A DNA stretch of 63,341 nt, counting the filler, from Craspedostauros australis (taxonomy: Eukaryota): NCBI GenBank assembly GCA_030167865.1. It is 6 parts of 6 records of this genome, joined end to end, with 100 filler letters (N's around TTAATTAATTAA, not from the genome) between each part and the next. Parts side by side here need not be neighbours in the genome. Positions count along the whole stretch, not along the records: positions 24,003 to 40,612 come from JALAGF010001928.1; positions 40,713 to 54,856 come from JALAGF010001930.1; 4 more parts are not named here. The stretch is one strand, 5' to 3'. The first letter of the stretch is position 1; each line of letters starts with the position of its first letter. Both the position numbers and the translations under genes were made by a program. The notes under the pieces were generated by a model. The model saw nothing but the letters and a program-made list of their open reading frames with translations. It did not search any database and had not been told where the DNA came from. Shown one piece after another: positions 35,867 to 48,769 of this stretch.

Positions 35867-37740
35867 ATGACGACATTCTCGTACGCAGGAAGATCAATGG
35901 TGATTTCCGCCACAAAGAGTCTGACTGCCATGATGGTCATCGCTGCTATGCCGCTCCCAAACGTAGTCGCACAAGGCGACGACAGCGGCATCACAATCAA
36001 CCACTTCCACGGAGCGCATTGGCCAAGCACCACCTCGCCATTCAACCTCGGTGTGATGAACAGCCTTTCCAGCGATGGTACCGACAACGAGTGGGATCCG
36101 CAGTTTGAGGTCGTCCTGGCGGAATGGTCGCGATCCAGCAAGTTTAATCTGGTCAGCGTGGATGGCTTCAGCGATGCCGCTTCCCGTTCAGAATGCGGAT
36201 TCCATGATGGCTACATCAACGTGTGCAACTACAATTACGGTGACACGATGTGGGCCGGAGTTGCACGTTGGACATTCAGCAAGGTCGGCTCCGAGAAGCA
36301 CATCTTTGCTTGCACAGTCAAGCTGAATGACTACGGCGGTCGCGCTGTGGAAGACAAGCTGTTATGCCATGAGATCGGGCACTGCTTGGGACTCGGTGAG
36401 TTGTTGGAGGAGGCAACGCGTTCTTCGTCACACCACCACTGCTGGTGCTGGTGCTGGTGCTGGTGCTGGTGCTGCCGATGATGATAATGTTGATGCCAAC
36501 GTTGGGTGCGTGGTGTGGATTGGATTCCTTCTTGTGATGAATTTGAGCTGATTGGAGACAAGTGCGATCTCTGCTGTCTCGGAAAGAATGATGGGCAAAG
36601 AGATGGCAAGAAATGTCATATGTACGCATACCATCCGGAGCTCTCTTTGCTCACGTGTGCTCTCTCTTTCTCTCTCTCTTTGTTGTCCTGCATGACAACC
36701 TGCACTTCATCCGCACCAATTCTGTTCCCTGCTTGCTCTCAGGTCACACGAGCGAGAACGGCTCGTCGCAAAGAACATGCATGGACTACTCTTATTCCGC
36801 CTACAGCCGGGATCCAAGTCCCAACGACTTCGCCGTCCTCGACATGATTTACGAAGAGACAGAATCATACAACAGCCCAGCCTTTGTCGAACCAACCAAT
36901 GGCACGCCGACCACTACCACTGCTTTGCCGACAACAACTACGGTCCCAGCGACAACAACAGTTCCACCAACCACTACTGTGCCACCAACAACCACAGTTC
37001 CACCAACTACTACTGTGCCACCAACTACTACTGTGCCACCAACTACAGCTGTCCCAGCGACAACAACAGTTCTACCGACGACCGCCAATCCGCCACCACG
37101 GGACGCAACGACGTCTACAACTACCACCACCACAACAACGACAACAACGACAACAACGACGACCACCACAACAACGATACAGGCAACAGTTGACCCGACA
37201 GAGGAGTATTGTGCGTCGCTTCGCGACAAGAAAGACTGCAAGAAGGCAGACCCGTGCGGTTGGGTCAACAACGTTTGTTGGGCCAACAGCGCAATTCCAT
37301 GCAGCATCTACAGCAAGGATAAGGATTGCAAGAAGAATGATCGGTGCGAATGGAACAACCAATGCGTGGAGAAGGGGGGACCGCCACCACAGGCCGATCC
37401 AAAGGAGGAAGAGCCAGGGCAGCCCGAGCAACCGGAGGATGGCGAAGAAGAGGATTCTTGCGCTCAGTACACAGACAAGGATGGTTGCAAAACGCAAAAG
37501 AAAACGTGCAAATGGAAGAAGGATGTCTGCATCCCGAGAAATCGCCGACTGCGCTGGGCGGACGATCCGGTCTACTCTCCACTCACTTACGGCTTGCCTG
37601 TTGATGCGGAGATTGTTGATCTCACCGACAGGACCATCACGTTCGAGCACTACGAGGGGGACAGAGGCGTCCGAACCAACATAGTCTTGGTTCATTCCCA
37701 CCGCAAGCTGGTGGGCAAGACGCATCTCTACAAGTTTTAA
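35867..37740 (+). CDS. Secreted metzincin (matrixin-like) zinc metalloprotease with Thr/Pro stalk and Cys-rich repeats; 2 exons (35867-36395, 36743-37740)
   Basis: Splicing the GTGAG...CAG intron 36396-36742 gives HEIGHCLGLGH (HExxHxxGxxH), then Met-turn TCMDY. Hydrophobic N-terminus, PPTTTV repeats, three C..KDC..CxW..C repeats. Confidence 0.88.
36930..37177 (+). repeat. 18-bp coding tandem repeat (PPTTTV) and poly-Thr tract
   Basis: About 8 degenerate CCACCAACTACTACTGTG-type units followed by an (ACN)n run. Confidence 0.85.
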
Positions 37741-38194
37741 GCAAACAGAGAAGGCGTCCAGTGACAATTCCACGCACAGCCGTGAAGTACGTCCACACCA
37801 TGGACCGATAGCACTTGATTGCCTCGGCCCAACACCATACGAGCGCGATGCGCAGTTGTGTATTACCGCGCCGCGTCGACGTATGGGCCGTGACATCGCC
37901 AAGTACATACTCTATGAAGACCGGCGACCGCGCTCCCAAATGGAAATGGAAGCAAGCAGCCCAACAGCGATCGTTGCAACAGCATCCCCAAACGATCAAC
38001 ATGATGCACAAAGCACCCGTCTTCCCATTTCAGCAAGTAAAGGCGTATATAGCACCGTGAATACTGCTGACGTTGGGTTTCCAGATATTAGCAATACTCT
38101 AATAGCAATAATTGTATTGTACAACGCACCCTCATACAATCATGCACTGATACCAGTGCTCTCCTCCAATTCGTTTTTGGCCAAGTATAGCAGT

Positions 38195-39517
38195 TTAATT
38201 GCAGATGTCGGCCTTTGACCCGCTGGCTGCAATCGCCTTGCGAGATTCGCAACCGACGAGGCAGCCTTTGGGGAATGACGGATCCTCGCTGGGTGGGAGC
38301 GGTTCCTCGCCGAAGCTCCACTGACATTCCTGGGTGACGAAGTTGGGACTGACGGTAAGTGACAGGCCCAGCTCGTCCTTGAAGAATTGCTGCGCCGGCA
38401 GCTTGCACTGGTGCAAGCAAAGACCCTTGCATCCGCTTTCCTGAAGGAACTTGCACTTTTCCACCACCAGACCACCCAGCTGCCCGTCCTTGCGTCGGTT
38501 GACGTAGGATGGACCCACGAGGAATCCAAAGAAGGTCGGCGTCACGAAGGATGTGAGGAAGGGAGCGTAGAACCATGGTCCGATCTGCTTGCCATCCCAT
38601 TTGCTGCCTACGTTGGGGACGATGCCGCTCATGAAGATTCTGTAAAATGGCGGCAGGACCGGCGTCATGAGACCTGCAAGCGTCTCGCGCACCATCTTGT
38701 GCTGATCCTCCGCCGTGCGTCCTGGTTGCAGCATGTATGTTCGGCCTTGTTCCAGCAGGCCTTCGATGCCAGGTTTGGGACTGGAGACGCCATTCGTGTT
38801 GTCTGTCACGAGCTTGCGGAAGACGAAGAGCAGGGCCTTATCGAGCGGGCTTTCGGAATACTGGATGTTGTCAAACTCGCAATCTGGCACCAACGGCGCG
38901 CCGCTGCCATCCTCAAGAATTTGCTTCGATTCCGTCTTGGACAATGTGGGAGCAGGTACGGCATTTCCGTCCTCCTCAGGCTGCTGCATCGTGCCGGGCA
39001 AGTGCATGGGCACATCTTGCACGTTGGGCAATTTCAACCGCGGGATGCGGCTGGGACTGAGAAACGATGCCGTGGCGACGTAGGCATCGTAATCGGACTG
39101 CAGAAGCTTCGCCATCTGCTCGTATCGTTGCATCTCCAACGCACGTGATCGCAGCTGCAACTTGCGGTTGACCAGCAGATTGCCGGGTTCTTGGACAGCG
39201 GCATCGTAGTCGTCGCAGAGCTTGACGATATCTTCGGCCGTGGCAGATGACGCGAAGAAGGCCCCGATCGTGGATGAAGCGCAGTCTGCCACCTCCTTGA
39301 TTTCCGCCGACCAATCGATGTCCTCATTCGTTGCCGATGCCGATGAAAAGGCGATGGTCGTCGACGCCTTTGATCTTGCATCGGGAACGGAGTTGTGCAC
39401 TGCACTGGCTGCAGATCCTTGCAACGAAGGCTGCACGAACGCCGATGCCGACCGAGGCGAAACGGCAAACGCCCCAACCAGCGCAAGGGCGAAATGTCCA
39501 CCGATTCTTAGCTTCAT
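38195..39517 (-). CDS. Plastid-targeted beta-carotene isomerase D27-like (DUF4033) protein
   Basis: Signal peptide plus ASA-FV bipartite motif; FLVGP...VEKCKFLQESGCKGLCLHQCKLPAQQFF...LGL...PNF...C...FG signature. Confidence 0.9.
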   Translation of the reverse strand: MKLRIGGHFALALVGAFAVSPRSASAFVQPSLQGSAASAVHNSVPDARSKASTTIAFSSASATNEDIDWSAEIKEVADCASSTIGAFFASSATAEDIVKLCDDYDAAVQEPGNLLVNRKLQLRSRALEMQRYEQMAKLLQSDYDAYVATASFLSPSRIPRLKLPNVQDVPMHLPGTMQQPEEDGNAVPAPTLSKTESKQILEDGSGAPLVPDCEFDNIQYSESPLDKALLFVFRKLVTDNTNGVSSPKPGIEGLLEQGRTYMLQPGRTAEDQHKMVRETLAGLMTPVLPPFYRIFMSGIVPNVGSKWDGKQIGPWFYAPFLTSFVTPTFFGFLVGPSYVNRRKDGQLGGLVVEKCKFLQESGCKGLCLHQCKLPAQQFFKDELGLSLTVSPNFVTQECQWSFGEEPLPPSEDPSFPKGCLVGCESRKAIAASGSKADICN

Positions 39518-40270
39518 CGTCAGTTGTTCTTCGACTGTGCGAGTATTGGTATCTGTGTGTGTGTGTGAAGGTAGGTAGGTAGGTAGGTAAATCGGGGTCT
39601 GTCTCTGTCGAGTCTTCGTCTTCGGATGTTCCTCTTGTTGTCTCAGAGAACAAGGCCTTGGGTTGATCGAACAAGGGTGGTGTCAACACGGATGACGACG
39701 AATCGTTTTTCGTGTTGTTGGATCGAACACGACAAACGTCAACGACCCAAAAAGTCGTCTGCACTTTGATTAGATCGATCGAGTCGGACGTCCGCCTTAA
39801 ACTCAATCTACTCGTTCGAGTCTAGTCGAGTGATGACGTGGCAAGTCCACCCAGAAAGGCTCACCACGTGGTTGATAGACGTCATCAGCCAATCAGAATC
39901 GTTTACGGATTGCATTTACGAAGAAAGACGATTCGAGCCAGCCGACTCAATATGGCGCCATCTGGTGAGCCAGTGGTGATGGGTTCATGTTTCGCGTTGC
40001 GCGGACAGGGACACCCGGCAAAAAGGGTCGAATTAGTCGATCTTGGAGATGACTGGCCCAGCCAATTAAAACTTGTTGTTATGGCGATGACAAATATTTC
40101 CGCGAAAAGAATGCTCTCGACTCATATTTTCGTTCTCAGGAACTCTTCGTAGGTCATAGCTTCGAGTTTCACTGTTGGGAGAATCATGGAGAAACTCCGA
40201 AAATGACCCTGAAGCACAGCCTCGTGATTTAATCCCGAGAAGTCGTGCAACAACCAAACCCATGATTTTA

Positions 40271-40470
40271 ATAGCCGTCGTTCGACTCAAATAGCCGTCA
40301 NTCGACTCAAATAGCCGTCATTAGATTTAAATAGCCGTCATTCGACTCAAATAGCCGTCATTAGATTTAAATAGCCGTCACTCGACTCAAATAGCCGTCA
40401 TTAGATTTAAATAGCCCTCATTCGACTCAAATAGCCGTCATTAGATTTTAATAGCCGTCATTCGACTTAT
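40271..40470. repeat. Minisatellite: ten 20-bp units with alternating variants (40-bp higher order)
   Basis: ATAGCCGTCA followed by TTCGACTCAA (A) or TTAGATTTAA (B), in the order A,A,B,A,B,A,B,A,B,A. Confidence 0.95.
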
Positions 40471-40612
40471 ATAGTTAGTCATCTGTTGCCTTCACGGGAT
40501 ACGTCTCCACCACTATTATAGTAATTAAATCACTCCCTCACACCCCACAAAACGCAACAGCCGGCCATCAACCACCGCTCACCCACACCAAGCAACACAG
40601 GAAGCTCAACCT

Positions 40613-40712
40613 NNNNNNNNNNNNNNNNNNNNNNNNNNNNNNNNNNNNNNNNNNNNTTAATTAATTAANNNNNNNNNNNNNNNNNNNNNNNNNNNNNNNN
40701 NNNNNNNNNNNN
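40613..40712. other. Artificial contig-joining spacer
   Basis: N44-TTAATTAATTAA-N44. Confidence 0.97.
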
Positions 40713-43700
40713 TGTGTTTTGTGACGAGCAAAATGTGAGATCATGTCGCAGATGCTAACGTGTATTTAACGTGTACCAAACGAACGACTCCTTCCGAGGC
40801 AGGTCCGTGACTGATCACCCGGCGATAAATACTTCGGAACAGCATAGAACCTTCTGAAAAACAAGCAGGAGTTTCATGGGGTCGACTCATAGGACTTTAG
40901 CATATCTTTGACTGTACATAAAACTTAAAAAAGGATATACAACAAAAATCGATCGGTTAATTATTTGTAAGAAGATTATAAGGATTACTAATATGTGCTT
41001 GGTTTGGATCTACTAGATAAAAGTTATTGAGTCCCATGACAAAGTGCAGGTCGACTCACTGATCGGGCTCCTATGTGAACGCACTTCGCGGAATGGTCCT
41101 GGGGAGAGCGTACTTACACCGTTGTAGTCCACGTTGGAAAGAGCACGACATGGAAACTGACGATTGCCTCCCCCTCTTCGCTCTGCGCAAGATGCATTTT
41201 ACTCCATTCGCGACCTGCCTTGCGGGGCTTTGATGTTGGGGTTTGACGAGTCGCGGTGGCCATAGATGTTGGCATCGGGCACTCGCCATCTCGTCACACG
41301 TACTCGTGTTCGTATTCCTCTGCGCGACAACAAATGTGTCCATTGACGAGCTCCCGACATGGCGATGATGGCGAAGCGCTGACGCATCAACAATTGAGAA
41401 AGCAGACTGAGACGTGTGCCTTGCGATCTTCGTTGTGATTTCTGCACACACCACCACATCGTGCTGCAGTATCTTCGCAACCTTCCAAGACAGCTCGCTC
41501 GAACTTGGTTTCGCACAAAAGCCGTTCCCCGATCGCGCCTTCACTGCTCATGTGGCGTCACACGAGTACGAGTACGATCACAAACCGTCCAATGGCGACG
41601 GCGCGGCGGGAGTTCAGGTGAGGCTCGTTGCAGCCTAAGTGTGGCGCCAAACACAATCCAACGCTCATAGTCGCATTTCTGGGCGAACAAGCTCCAGTGG
41701 AGCCGACAGCGACAATTGCGTACGCGGGGTCATCGCACGAATACGGATGGGAGTGCCACCATGCGGACATGTACAGGCTGGATGGGCAGCGGTTGTTGGA
41801 ACCGTTGGTTGGGTTTCGATACCTTGTGCGGTTGTGGACTTGGCCCGGCTTGGGTTGGTTTGGCTCCAGAGAATACTCGCAGAGAGAGGAGAAGCGTCGA
41901 CCATGGAGCAAGTATTCTCTTCTTCTATCATATTATTATACCAGCCACAGGTATAATGCTTGAGTTCACTGTTATCACCGACGCGACCACCTCCGTCGCA
42001 GTAACTTTCAGCCGCCTCGCCAGGCACAGCGAAGTCCTTCCCGAAAACGAATCCAACATTTCTTCATCGAGCCATTCCTCCAACACGCATCGAGTATAGG
42101 TACTCGATTGGCACCGGCAACCTTGACGTGAACAACGCGCTCCACCCCTACCTCCCGAATCATTCATCGTCCCCTCGCCCAAACACCTTCACAAACATCT
42201 GCGAGAGGACGGCAACAGAGTATTCGTCATGATGAGCCCAAACAACATCTGCTCTCGACAGAGGAGCCATGTGCTTTGGGGAGCCTGCTCCGATGGCGAT
42301 CGTTCTCCTCTGTGACGCGGTTGTTGACATCGATACCGCCACGCCAATGCAAATGCAATCCAACGCACCACCATCCTGTGCACCAGTCCAGCAACAAAGC
42401 GCATACAGTGACACAACCAAGTCACACTTGTAATGGTGAACAACAGTATTCCGTACTTTGCCAGGATGCCAGCCTGTTCACGGATACATGGCTGACACAT
42501 CATGATTTTCTTCCTGCATTCGTCAGCAAGCTCGACACGTCGACACAGCAGAAAGATCGTTTCTGTCCTCGGTCGATCTCTTTCTCTTGATGGCAAACCG
42601 CCCACAAATCTCATTAAGTTGATTGTGCGGAGCGCCAACAACATACGAAGACCTCTCATCGTTTGCCTACTCCTTGGTGTTTGCAATGTCCTTCACCTGG
42701 CCAACTCAAGCGCAATGCTCCATCCGAGGCTTCATGGATGTTACAGGCGTTCGTCCATCGATCCCATTCACGGAGGGCCTCCATTCGGTGTATTGCATTT
42801 CACTAGTATTAGTCTGCTGGAGGTGCATTTTTTACTCGTTTGGTGCGATTGTGCCGAGGGAGAGACAAGGAAGGTACCGATTGGCATGGAGATGCACGAG
42901 CTACCAGCCACGGTGTCTTGCCTCGGTACGAGTAGTCGTACACAAGATCCTCCGTGCGCACACTCATCCACACCGGAGTATCGTCCTTGTCCATGGTGTA
43001 TCTCTTCCTGTGCCGCGCAATGTGCACAACGCAATGTGCACAACGCATCCTCTCTGAAAATCATGTAACCTCCTTGGAGCACCAACAACATCCAAAATGG
43101 CTGCGCCATGCAAGATTAAGGCCAACGAACGGATGGATGCTTTGGTGTGGCGAAGGCGGAGCTGCGCATGCGTCAGCCAATAATCCGGAACGCAACTTGT
43201 TTGTTCCTTTGGTGACGTCGTAACGAGAATCGGAATGTCGGGCAGTACAAAGAGCTCGCTCTGACCAGGCGGGGATCAGGTTCCTCCCTGCTTTGTTCTG
43301 TTCGTAGTTGTGATGCCGCCCAGAAGCTCCTCTCCCATGTTCGTGTCTGGGAATGAGACCGCCATCGTCATCGCTCTTGTTCAGTCGTAGAGTGATACCA
43401 ACACAGCAGAACACTCCCATCGAGAGAGACACAGATGTGCACACACAGGTACAAACCCGGACGAGGAGGACAACAGATTGCGACGGAGCACTCCAGGGTT
43501 CGTTAAGGGAGCGTATTCATGTGCGCATGGGGCGAGTGGAATACCTTGTGACGAGACTCGTGCGAAATTGCGGCGCAGTGTTGCGCGGACTGAAAGCACA
43601 CCGCCACATCGTGCGTTTCGCCACTTCGAGCCATTGCGAACCACGAAGCCATATATCTTGATCGTGAATTGTCGAAAGGTCGCAACCCGGCTGTTGGTTT

Positions 43701-44494
43701 GGGAAACGACATACCACCCTTTCATTTTGTGAGAGGTTAATTTCGGCATCCAAATCGAAGAGTCTGAATATCATTCGTTATGTACGAAGAGAACTTTAGT
43801 AGCAAAATGATATAATTGTTGTATTGATGACGAGAATGATCACTTGTTTCACGTGACGCACAAGCACCTCCACCCTCCGGTCGGACGGAATTTCTCAGCG
43901 AACGCGTTTCATTTCTCCACCAGAACAAGAAAAGAGACAGAGAGATGGGCGAAAGTGCCGATCTGAGCATTTCCGCGATGGTCCAGGCGACAGTCGTGGT
44001 TTCCGCCATGTGTCTGTGGTCGTTGAGTTGCGTCGCGACTGTGGTCGTTGTTGTTGCGTTGGTGTTGTTGGTGTTGTTGTCGACCGCAACGGCGAAGCTC
44101 TCGCCATCGATGGATCATCCGACGCCACCATCTCTGTGCAATCGCAAAAGGATGCAATCGGCACATGGTTGCAAAGGTCGTGCATACGAGTATGCCTGCT
44201 CTGTTGCAATCCCATGCAAAGATGTGATGCTTTGGTGATCATGATCATCCTCCGCGAACCAGCAAGTGCATACCATCAACGCACAATGGCTCACAACAAA
44301 CACTCGATGCTATCGACTGGTATCAACTGGTATCAACAACCAACAACCAACAATTGACAACGCCCCTTCACCTCACCTCTCTCATCCTCTCATAAAACCA
44401 AAGCATCAGCCAATTCAAACAGCCCATCAACCAATACACACCCAGATCATCAACAATAGCATCAACAATAGCATCATCATCAACAACAACAACA

Positions 44495-45448
44495 ATGAAT
44501 CACGCAGAACCAGTCCTCCCAATGATGACCATCCCACTGAACGCAACCGTCGCTGAACGCCATCATCAGCAGCAACATCACCAGCCAATTCCGGACTCTC
44601 CAGAGGTCAACGCCATCATCCAGCAACGCATCGCATCGGCACGCCAGCTCCTGCGCATGGGAACCGAATCCAACAGCGTCCACGAAGCCGAAAGCATCCT
44701 CCTCAAGGCGTGCGAGCTGCTGGAGAGCTGGGTCGTCGACTACGAAGAGCATCAGGTCCGACGCTACTACAGCGGCGCCTACGTTCCATCGTCTGCTGTC
44801 CGACAGTCGCCGGCATCGCAGCTGCCATCCATGCTTCCATCGACCGTCGCCAATGACAACAACAACACCACCGGCCCCACCGAAGAAGAGAATCCATTCT
44901 GCACGCTGCTGGCCCAAGCGCGCCACCGATACGCGCAGGTCTGCGTGCTGTGCGGCAAGCTCGAGATGGCATGCCGCCTCTTCCTCCAGGTCCTGCTGCA
45001 CGACCCGCAGACCCTGTCGCCATCCGCGCTGTCCATGGCATGGTACGACGTCGGCCTCATCTACACGCGATACGGCAGACTCGAGCACGCCATGGCCGCC
45101 CTCAAGAAGGCCCTCATCATCCTGCACACCACGGGTGCCATCGACGAGACCATGAACTTCTTCATCCAGCAGGCCATGAAGCAGGTGCTGGCCCATCGGC
45201 ATCAGCAGCAACACCAGCTGCAGTCCTGCGATATCCTGCAGCAGCAGGTGCCGTGGAGCGTCCAGTTCACCATGACGACGTACAACTACGACGATGAGGA
45301 CGAGGACGAGGACGACGTCGAGAACGACATGGCTGCCGACGACGATGACATGACCGAATACAACAACCAGCGAACGACGCACGAGAAGATCCTGGAAGAA
45401 GCCAGGAGGCTCATCGATCCATCCGTGCAGCATGCGGGCGCCGCCTAA
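44495..45448 (+). CDS. TPR-containing protein ending ...HAGAA
   Basis: SMAWYDVGLIYTRYGRLEHAMAALKKAL is a canonical TPR; strong GC3 codon bias; acidic tract near the C-terminus. Confidence 0.85.
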   Translation: MNHAEPVLPMMTIPLNATVAERHHQQQHHQPIPDSPEVNAIIQQRIASARQLLRMGTESNSVHEAESILLKACELLESWVVDYEEHQVRRYYSGAYVPSSAVRQSPASQLPSMLPSTVANDNNNTTGPTEEENPFCTLLAQARHRYAQVCVLCGKLEMACRLFLQVLLHDPQTLSPSALSMAWYDVGLIYTRYGRLEHAMAALKKALIILHTTGAIDETMNFFIQQAMKQVLAHRHQQQHQLQSCDILQQQVPWSVQFTMTTYNYDDEDEDEDDVENDMAADDDDMTEYNNQRTTHEKILEEARRLIDPSVQHAGAA

Positions 45449-46740
45449 AGCACCAAAAGGGGATCACGCACACACACGCCCGCCGAAGTTCGTATTCCAA
45501 TACAGAGTAAAAAGACATAACATAGCACGACATACAATAGCATGATTACTACAGCACATTCGTCGTACCATACAAACCTAACAGGATTCCATGAGCATCA
45601 CAAAACGCAATCAAGAGGATAATTCGTACGCCAAGCACTGCCAACGGTCAAAGTCGACCTTGTTCCACCAGATCAAGGATGCAACAAAATGGAATGCACA
45701 CGCCAAGTACTCTGTTCTGAGATGAAAATAGAGATGGACCCAAAGGCACGGATACGATACCGCATGCATCTGGGTGCAAAGATGCAGAACGGCAACGTGA
45801 ATTCGACCAACAATCATCACAGACGGGTCGGCAAGTGATGATAATTGTGGAGTGTCAGAGTGTTACCGTATGGTGCTATATGTAAAAAGAGAGCATGTGG
45901 TAGGGACGATCGTTGCCGTGTGCTGCTAATGGCATTGGTGCATGTCTGTGTTGGCGCGTCAATTCGCCGCCAGAGGGGTTGACTTTCGACGCGTTTGATC
46001 TGCGTTCGTGTGGAGTTCGTGGTTGGACAAGACGGAAGCCAAAATGAAGGCAAAAAGGTATCCGTGACCCGACTGGTTCAAGCGAAAGTGCGCGTCTGTT
46101 TCTATCTAGATAATGTTTGGTAGACTTCTTTGGAGTTCTGAGACGAAAGTGCCTCCACTCGACGAGGGAGAGCAGACGCATACGACGATGTGCACCATGT
46201 GGATTGGTGTCGTAGTCGTATGGACCATTCATCATGCGACCAGACTTCATCAACTCGACGTGGGTGGCATGACACGGTCTTGTGTTGTCGTGCTCTTTTC
46301 AATGTCAAAAGTGATTGGACGAGGGGAGTTGGCAACAAGGAGAACTCTGAGTGCACGTACTCGTACACGGCTCACCATCTGACAAGAGAGGGTCAACGCA
46401 ATGCTCGTGCAGCTACGAGTGTGGATGGAAGCATTGGTTTGTGCGGTGTTTCTCATGTTCAGCATGCGATCAACGTCATGCCAGCGTGCCATACACCATG
46501 CAGCAACTTTCGCCAAACCTTTCGGACCGTATCAAGGGCAGATGATAGAGTGGGTAACCTAACGTGGAGAAATGCTGTACTAGTACTAATATCATCAAGA
46601 AGTTGTGGGGTCGAGTTTGTGTGCCTTTTGGCGCATGTGGTGTTGCGAGTGGCGTATGGACCATGCATCCCACGCACCCATGCTGATGTGCACCTTGTTT
46701 CACCAACTATCAGCAGGAGACATGCTTGGTTTGCTGGTCT

Positions 46741-47472
<732 letters not shown>

Positions 47473-48769
47473 TTATGGGTGTGGGTGTGAGTGCTATGGG
47501 TGTGGATGGAGTTCAAGAGATGTGGAGTATGGTATTGCACGAGTGTAGCAGAGTACTATATCTGTCTGTTTGTCTGTTGTGGTTGTGATTGAGAATGTTG
47601 GTGTGCGAATTGTTCCTGTTTTGTTTTTGTGTGTGTTTTGGGACTTGATGTGTTGTTCAATTTCGGTTACTGCGACCATCGCCAGATCTCCTCGCCTTGC
47701 GGTCATTTTGAATCGTGATCAGCTGGAACGTGTCCCAATCTCGTCTGTACGACTCACTCGCTCACGAATGGGCCAAACCGAACTCAAAGAGCCTCTCTCT
47801 CTCTCTCTCTCTGGCAAAAAAACGACCCTGTCCAGATTTGCACATGTGATACGAGGTGCGAGACGATGCAGGTCGAGACAAATCGTGTGGGAGGGGAGAA
47901 GTTTGTGAGAACAGCTGAGATTGATCGCTCGGGTTGAGCACAGCCGAATCATTCACCTTCACCTCGACATTGCTCATTTCATGGAGATAGGTGGCGACAT
48001 GATTCGTGGCTTGATGAGATGGGACGTGATGAACTATTTCCATTCACATCCTATTTGTTCCAAGGGATATCCATCAATGGATGCCATCGCCCAACGCGCG
48101 TATCCTGTCCGCAACAGCGATCAGGTCGATCCCAAGAGAACTTCTTCTGAATTCCATTTTGCTGTTACTGCAAACACTCTCTCCAGAGACAGCTGCTGTT
48201 TGCTTGTTCGTCCAACTCCTGTGTTGCTATCATAGTCGTACTGCAGGCGCAGTCTATCGTGCGAAGTTGTGCTCGACTCCGCCCACATATTGCCCTGTGC
48301 CTGGTACTATATGCTGTGGTAGGTGCAGCAGCGTCGGATGAACCCGATACCCAAATTGCTCCTTGCCATGTTCGACCAGACGGGTGAGCGCATCGGCACC
48401 CTTGAAGTGCAAGCTCCCGCGCGTGTGGGACCTCCACCACCACACAATGTCCCCTATGTCAGGCTAGACACACGACCCATTCGATCACTCCATAGGCTCC
48501 CAATCGTGTTAAACTCATGACTCAACACATGTTTTTCCCCAACGGCCACTTTTTTGGGCAACAGCGAACGTTGATGGCATGACCAATGTCTTTTCTGCGA
48601 ACGATCTGTGGCTCCACGAGAGTTGACAATGGTGTCGTCATTGCTCATGAAGACCGGTGAACCTACCACTCTTCCCGAAGCCGACAACAACAACGGCATC
48701 GAAGCAACATAGAGCAGTCTCGTCATCCAATCCAATCCAATCCAATCTGCTTGATACTTGTGCGCAACC

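Noticed and set aside
40271..40470. CRISPR-like array
   Set aside because: The intervening 10-mers are two recurring variants, not unique spacers; units are too short; no cas genes; eukaryotic context.
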